Assembly: GCA_030295235.1 (NCBI GenBank)
Contig: AP026162.1
Location: 62,001-126,000, forward strand
Direction of reading: 5' to 3'
DNA length: 64,000 nt
Source: Fistulifera solaris
Lineage: Eukaryota
A program made the translations under genes and the position numbers. Position 1 is the stretch's first letter; every line of letters begins with the position of its first letter. The notes below the pieces were generated by a model. That model ran no database searches and was not told the DNA's origin. It worked only from the letters and a program-made list of their open reading frames with translations. Of this stretch, positions 58,178-64,000 are shown piece by piece.

Positions 58178-59467
58178 ATGCGCCGAACTCGTCGGGGATC
58201 GCACGAAGCCGTGACATTATCGAAACGCAAAGTCTGGAACAAAGCCATGGCAATCGAGCGCGTTCGTCAAGTTGTCGGGACTGGTACACCACTCGATCTA
58301 GCGGCATTCGATAAGAAGGAACTTTTGTTAGGGAAAATTCTGGGCCGAGGAAGCTTTTCTGTTGTAGAAGAAATCACTTCTATCTGTTTTTTGGCGAATT
58401 CATCGTCATTCACCAGTCAGCATCGCAAGGAACTTCGTCTCAAAGAAGAGGAACGGAACTTTTTAGCACAACACTGTCTTCGATCGTCGGGACACGGTCG
58501 TCCTTCGCCGCGATACGCTCTCAAGCGGCTGCAGACGAACGGCGACTGGAATGGTGTGGCAGATTTAGTCATCGAATCCCATTTCTTGCGACGCTTGCAA
58601 CATCCCAATCTCATCAAGATTAGAGCTGTTGCCGTGGGAGATACCTTTCATCTAGACTTTTTCCTGGTTTTGGATCGATTGTATTGTACATTACAAACGA
58701 AATTACGGCAATGGAAGAGAGATGAACGGAATTGGTGGAATTGTCGACGCACATCCAACATGGGAGAACGCTTGATTGCTGCGTATCATCTGGGATCAGC
58801 GTTGCAATATTTACACGAACAGCGCATTTGTCATCGTGATATCAAACCAGAAAATTGCGGTTTTGACATTGTAAGCATTGATCGATGTCGAGCAGTCGAT
58901 ATGATTTCCTTCTCACACACATTGTTCCCGTCTCTGTTGCAGCGCGGTGACATTAAAATTTTTGACCTCGGTCTGGCGCGGGAAATGAGAAATCCGAATG
59001 CGGATGGAACTTACAATCTCTCCCACATGACTGGAACGCTACGATTCATGGCTCCGGAAGTCTTTCAGGAAGGCAAGTCCTACAATGAGCTTTGTGATGT
59101 CTACTCGTTTGCTATTTTGTTGTGGCAAATGATTGTACTAGAACAACCGTTCCGACACATGAATGATGAACAGACGTTCGTCAAGATTGTCTTTGAGAAA
59201 CATGGTCGGCCGGATCTCACCAAGGTGCATCCACCGCGGTGTCAAGCGTTACTCAAAAAAGCTTGGCATGCTGTACCTAGTGAGCGCCCTTCGATGTCGG
59301 AAGTTTGCTCGGATTTGCGACGCATGACCATGGAAATTGAATTTGGTGAAAGCGGTGATTTCGAAACAGCCAGTCGACGATCGACTTTCATCTATGACGA
59401 AACTGAGAGCGGGTATATCATGGAAAACCTGAGTGACGGAAGCTCGAAAAAGTCCGCCAATAAGTGA
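58178..59467 (+). CDS. Protein kinase (TKL-like); in-frame intron 58871-58942
   Basis: LGRGSFSVV, YALK, HRDIKPEN, DLGLA, GTLRFMAPE, DVYSF. Confidence 0.93.
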   Translation: MRRTRRGSHEAVTLSKRKVWNKAMAIERVRQVVGTGTPLDLAAFDKKELLLGKILGRGSFSVVEEITSICFLANSSSFTSQHRKELRLKEEERNFLAQHCLRSSGHGRPSPRYALKRLQTNGDWNGVADLVIESHFLRRLQHPNLIKIRAVAVGDTFHLDFFLVLDRLYCTLQTKLRQWKRDERNWWNCRRTSNMGERLIAAYHLGSALQYLHEQRICHRDIKPENCGFDIVSIDRCRAVDMISFSHTLFPSLLQRGDIKIFDLGLAREMRNPNADGTYNLSHMTGTLRFMAPEVFQEGKSYNELCDVYSFAILLWQMIVLEQPFRHMNDEQTFVKIVFEKHGRPDLTKVHPPRCQALLKKAWHAVPSERPSMSEVCSDLRRMTMEIEFGESGDFETASRRSTFIYDETESGYIMENLSDGSSKKSANK

Positions 59468-60008
59468 GAGACAATGGATGTTCGCACACCATTTTGAATA
59501 CAGAATTTTGATTCCTCGTGAGAAAGAAATGAATAATTCATTTTAGTTTTGATAGAAACGATAAACAATATTAGCTTGATTGCTTAGAAGCTACCCAGTT
59601 GTAATTTGACGACTCGATGAACCTAACTTTGGAACGCAAAAAAATGGCGTGAGCCGTTGATCCGGTCGGCTTTCGGCCTCTTCCTACTCTTCACTATCCA
59701 ACCTTGTTTTCCGTTCATGATTCCCGTGGACGAAGTTGAAAACCGGGTGGATAATTATTACACTACAACTTAAATGTAAATTACTTTTAATCAAATAGTC
59801 ACTATCCGCGCCAGCCGTTCCACTGATTGGACAAAAACGAAATAACAACGCGCATTTCTCAAATTTTCGCAACGCACCGTGTTCACGGCTTTATTTTCTC
59901 CTCCGCTCGCCTTCTGCGTCCATTTCGATCGCGTGGCTAAGCAGGAAGGCGAACCCTTCATTATGCATTCGAGAAACTAGAACATAATATAATTTCAGTT
60001 TCACTAGA

Positions 60009-61310
60009 ATGTCGGCTGGTTTAGGAACTTCCAAACGACGAACGGTGGGCGCTAGTTCTTCCGCTGCTTATTTGTTTTCGAAAGTCAAAGTCCCTTCCAC
60101 GTCGACACAGTCGGTGCTTCCACTGCGTAGAAGAAGAATGACATCAAGGAAATCACGTCGGAGATTCATCTGGCTACTTACTATCACGGCAATCGCGGCC
60201 TGCTTTCTTGTTTCGTCGGTTTTTCTGAAACATCGGACCGAATCAGCAATATGGCGCAACCCGATGAATGTCGTTCACGTTGTGCAGACTCGTTTTATGC
60301 AATTTCAACCTCAATTATCGCAACTGGGATGGGCACGTTTCTATCTGTTTCGAGCTATTACTTTACCGAGTATGCTGTTGCAGACAAATCAAGATTTTCT
60401 GTGGATTATTCGAGCCGATCCGAATCTCAACAACGAATTGAAAAGTGCCATGAAAGAACTCGTCAAAGACTATCCGAATATTGCATTGAGTGGAAGCAAC
60501 ACAAATCCAGAAGGATTCAAGTGCTCGAATTGTATTGAAGATTTGAAAGATAACCTGTGGTCCGGTAGCTGGGAAATGATAGAATCCTACTGGGAAGCCG
60601 CCAAGACACACACCGTTTTAGAGACGCGCCTAGATGCCGATGATGCACTCTGGCTAGGGTACATTGACTGGATACAAACAAGAGGAAATGTTGAACACTG
60701 GAAGGTTTGGTGTCCTGAAAATCATTTAGAATGGCACAGCGGGCGTGTTTGGCGGAATCGTACGTCAGAAAAGGGCAGTTTGATCGGCCTTCATTTGCCT
60801 CATTGTGTCACCGCTGGACTCACGTGGGGATACGGCGTGGGAACGGATTTGCACGATACGCCTACCCACAAACATGAACAGATTCACAAACACGTTCCCG
60901 CTTGTGCGAAAAATACGACCGATCAATGTCTACTTCGGGTGACTCCACCCGATCAAATGCCGTCGGTGCTGCGCGCTCGAACGCTTACTAGCGCGGGGAT
61001 GGAGCATGTCTTGGCCGATGGAAAGAGCGAAACACCGGCAGAAGAAAGCTTTCGAAAGAAGCTGCGTCATTCGTCGTGGCAAAATTCACAAGAAGAACTT
61101 TTTGAAGGGATGATGTTTGTGTTCGGCATTAGTGATGTCGATTTGCAGGAGACGAAAGAGTTTCTGGAAGATCACAAGGCGGAGATTGCTATGGAGGCGC
61201 TGAAAGGACAATGTACAAAAGGCCATTCATGTAAAAACGAGACTAAATTGTTGCTGAACAATGTCTTGGGTGGGTCGAAAGAAGATGGAATCAATCAAGC
61301 ATCTAAATAG
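60009..61310 (+). CDS. Type II membrane protein, putative rhamnosyltransferase-like GT-A protein
   Basis: TM helix, QTRF, LFRAITLPSMLLQTNQDFLWII, TRLDADDAL. Confidence 0.6.
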   Translation: MSAGLGTSKRRTVGASSSAAYLFSKVKVPSTSTQSVLPLRRRRMTSRKSRRRFIWLLTITAIAACFLVSSVFLKHRTESAIWRNPMNVVHVVQTRFMQFQPQLSQLGWARFYLFRAITLPSMLLQTNQDFLWIIRADPNLNNELKSAMKELVKDYPNIALSGSNTNPEGFKCSNCIEDLKDNLWSGSWEMIESYWEAAKTHTVLETRLDADDALWLGYIDWIQTRGNVEHWKVWCPENHLEWHSGRVWRNRTSEKGSLIGLHLPHCVTAGLTWGYGVGTDLHDTPTHKHEQIHKHVPACAKNTTDQCLLRVTPPDQMPSVLRARTLTSAGMEHVLADGKSETPAEESFRKKLRHSSWQNSQEELFEGMMFVFGISDVDLQETKEFLEDHKAEIAMEALKGQCTKGHSCKNETKLLLNNVLGGSKEDGINQASK

Positions 61311-61392
61311 CCTTCTTAATCTAGAATTGATCGCCTACTAGAGCATTTTCGCTTCAAATTTTTATTTATAAAGGTATATGCTAGTTTACAAT

Positions 61393-64000
61393 TTAACGCG
61401 GCCATGCCCCATGATCAAACATGGGGACGCTGTCGTATCGATAATCATCGTGTGCACCAACCGTGGCTTTCGAACAAAGGTGCGCTAAACGTCGCTCCAA
61501 CTGAAATAGACTAGGAAACTCGTTTGAGTGCTTCTTCGCCCACGCAGCCGCTTTTTGAGGATCCGTGTTTTGTACCGGCAGACCAGTAATGCTGGTCTCG
61601 TTCAGTTTAGCGAGTAAAAAATTCTCGATGGTTTTTGAATTGAAAACAGGGTGTTCGCCTCGGTTTTTCAATACTGAGAAAATGCCGCCAGAAGCTGCCT
61701 GGACCAAAAGCGCTCTATCGTGAACCCAGGGACACCACCAGATTGGCATGTCCTTTAAATATCCCATCGACTCGGATAAAGTAAGATCTTTAACAACTTC
61801 AGAGCGCTCCGAACAGACGTAAATGCTAGAGCGCAGAAGCTGGATGCGCCGCAAAATAGCATTGGCATATCCAACTGATTGCAACGAGTGATTCTCAAGA
61901 CTCACGCAAGGATCTGGCAAGGGCGAGGGTTGCGGTTTACTCGGCTCAGGATGCACGCTAACACCGAAGGCGGTCGCATAGTCGCCATGGCTGCCGCGGG
62001 CATTTCTCGTTGAGCTACCGTTACCATTGACACACAAGCGAAGGCAATGGGGAAGAAGAAACTTTTCCACATATATAGCCAGTTGCGCAATACCTGGGAC
62101 GGTACAGCTCGGAAGAGCTGTCACAATTCGTTGCCTGAAGGACTCTTGGGAGAAAGCGCTGTGGGACTGGCTGTCAACAGCGACCCCAGAATCCCTACTG
62201 AGGTCTTCTAGAAACGTCGGGTTGACTTTGGCTTCATCTGACTTCAAAGGAAAGCCGAGAAACAATACAGCGACGCAAATCGTCGCTCTCAATTCAACGT
62301 TTGACAAGAAAACAGATGGAATTCGATTGGTGGGGTCAACACCTTCAAACTTCCTAGCCTTTTCAATATCAGTATCCGGCTGTGAACCAGAAGATTGGGT
62401 CTTCTTTTCTTCACCATTCAAGTCAACTTCCCGGCTCGTCATTCGTGACGCGCTCTGGACGTCTTCGGCACCATAGTAACGGAGATTTTCATTAATAAGC
62501 AATTCTGCTGCGCAAGCTTCCCGAGCATGCACAAGTCCAGTTATAGCATAACGGGTTAAGTTCATAGGGACACCAATAGCGCGAAGATAGCGTGGAGCGT
62601 CTGTTCCGTAGGCAACCTGGGATAGGTTGACACTAGCTGGACCGTAGCCATAGTCAGAACCGTCGTTTAAAGTACGGTGGGATGACCCAGATTGGTTGCT
62701 ACCAATACCAATGCCTGAAAACTCGGGTGCGATTTCGGCGAGCTCAGGAGCAAACTCCGTGATGGCATCCTTATGAACACTAATCAAAGTCATTATATCT
62801 GGCGATGTACTCCACAATGGATCAGATGAGGGCTCGTCCCACACTTGGGGATATACATTATCAGAGTAAGCCTCCTTTTCGACTGCATCAAGAATACAGC
62901 GCAAACGAAAATCAAGTATTCTCGCATCAGGCATTGATAACAAGCGCTCTTCTTCTTCTTCATTGTCATTTTTGGAACCATCGACTTCGTCTGGCGCCAA
63001 GTCGCCGTCCGTCCTAGACGATTCTACCGGAACACGTCCTCGAGACAAAACCTTGTGCTCCTTGACAACCAGATCAGATTGCTCTTTCACAGCATCGTGG
63101 ACGCGCTTAATCAAGCGCGGGAGAGTTACAAAGTGGGAATCCGTCCCGTCAAACGCGAATGCATCTTCCACTTGTGTATCAGGCATTTCACTAATGACAG
63201 CTTCGGCTTCCGCCCCACCCTTACGTAGTAATGCGGCGTCCTCTTCGCGTTTTGACGCCGCTTTTGCCGCGGCAGCAACGGCAGCTTGTACTTCGAGCTC
63301 CGCTTTGATGCGAGCGGCTTCCAACGCATTATCAAAGACCCCTATGGCTGCAGAAGATGCTGTTCGGAAAATTTCTGCAGCGTCAATACTCGCCGCATCA
63401 GATTGGGAGACACAAGCAATTCGCTCCAAAAATGATAATTCAAAATCGTTGCGCATAGCTTCGTAATTTCCAAGACCATGGATAAACGAACCAACCAAAA
63501 GACTGATGTCGCAATCTCTGTCCCACCACGTAGCTGGTTCTTTGAGATTCAAACCCTTGTAGAAAGTCCCTACGATGAGCGAAAGCTCCTCAGTTGTAAC
63601 AAAGCGGGCTTTAAGGTCTGCATCGAGAGTTGCCAAATCTGACGAACTACATCCTCTTTTTCCGAGCGCTTCGTGACCTAGGGTACTTAAAATTGAGTCG
63701 AGACAGTCATTTATGAAGCAATTCAATCGCGAAAGTATCCCGATCCTCCTCAGAGAACGTAGAGCGGCGCCTTGGCGAAGCTCGGCAACAAAGGCTGGCT
63801 CCGTAATTATTAACGGTAACCTTAACTCCCGTTCAAGGTTTTCCACCTCCGATTGTGTTTGCAATGCTGTGCACACGGCATCGCAAACCCAATTCATCTC
63901 TTGAGCACTACTAAAGCCAAGCCACTCTCTCAGCAGCAAGCGTACATTTGAAGGAACATTTGTTCGCGAGTGAATGCTCAAAGCGACGGCGACCTGCAGG
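61393..64000 (-). CDS. C-terminal part of a large CHD-type chromatin remodeller (5' end outside the window)
   Basis: PATWWDRDCDISLLVGSFIHGLGNYEAMRND resembles the post-helicase domain of CHD6-9; second copy PIWWCPWVHDRALL. Confidence 0.62.
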   Translation of the reverse strand, partial: LQVAVALSIHSRTNVPSNVRLLLREWLGFSSAQEMNWVCDAVCTALQTQSEVENLERELRLPLIITEPAFVAELRQGAALRSLRRIGILSRLNCFINDCLDSILSTLGHEALGKRGCSSSDLATLDADLKARFVTTEELSLIVGTFYKGLNLKEPATWWDRDCDISLLVGSFIHGLGNYEAMRNDFELSFLERIACVSQSDAASIDAAEIFRTASSAAIGVFDNALEAARIKAELEVQAAVAAAAKAASKREEDAALLRKGGAEAEAVISEMPDTQVEDAFAFDGTDSHFVTLPRLIKRVHDAVKEQSDLVVKEHKVLSRGRVPVESSRTDGDLAPDEVDGSKNDNEEEEERLLSMPDARILDFRLRCILDAVEKEAYSDNVYPQVWDEPSSDPLWSTSPDIMTLISVHKDAITEFAPELAEIAPEFSGIGIGSNQSGSSHRTLNDGSDYGYGPASVNLSQVAYGTDAPRYLRAIGVPMNLTRYAITGLVHAREACAAELLINENLRYYGAEDVQSASRMTSREVDLNGEEKKTQSSGSQPDTDIEKARKFEGVDPTNRIPSVFLSNVELRATICVAVLFLGFPLKSDEAKVNPTFLEDLSRDSGVAVDSQSHSAFSQESFRQRIVTALPSCTVPGIAQLAIYVEKFLLPHCLRLCVNGNGSSTRNARGSHGDYATAFGVSVHPEPSKPQPSPLPDPCVSLENHSLQSVGYANAILRRIQLLRSSIYVCSERSEVVKDLTLSESMGYLKDMPIWWCPWVHDRALLVQAASGGIFSVLKNRGEHPVFNSKTIENFLLAKLNETSITGLPVQNTDPQKAAAWAKKHSNEFPSLFQLERRLAHLCSKATVGAHDDYRYDSVPMFDHGAWPR

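Noticed and set aside
57711..58307. 198-aa minus-strand ORF upstream of the kinase
   Set aside because: No motif, overlaps the kinase start and promoter.

Overview
Gene-dense eukaryotic nuclear DNA with short GT-AG introns. A bipartite plastid-targeting presequence, a mitochondrial gamma-CA-like protein, a diatom-type AP2 factor and diatom-type kinase/glycosyltransferases point to a diatom, probably pennate (inference). About 30 protein-coding genes are supported. Several are split by single-base indels in homopolymers, most likely assembly errors. The intergenic DNA holds most of the unusual structure: (1) a 2.2-kb non-coding element with A1-core-B1-A2-B2 split direct repeats, the architecture of Ngaro/PAT/TOC1-type tyrosine-recombinase retrotransposons; (2) a 3.2-kb Mutator-like element with 131-bp TIRs, carrying a Ulp1/SENP protease and no visible transposase, 78 bp upstream of NUP62; (3) two MITEs with 9-bp TSDs and one hAT-like MITE with an 8-bp TSD; (4) a dispersed and tandem ~210-bp repeat with a conserved hairpin core, next to a different transposon at each of its three loci; (5) a 2.4-kb palindrome-rich 214/220-bp satellite; (6) paired arrays of 25-bp palindromes. 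No tRNA, rRNA or CRISPR array was recognised. All calls come from manual motif reading, not database searches.
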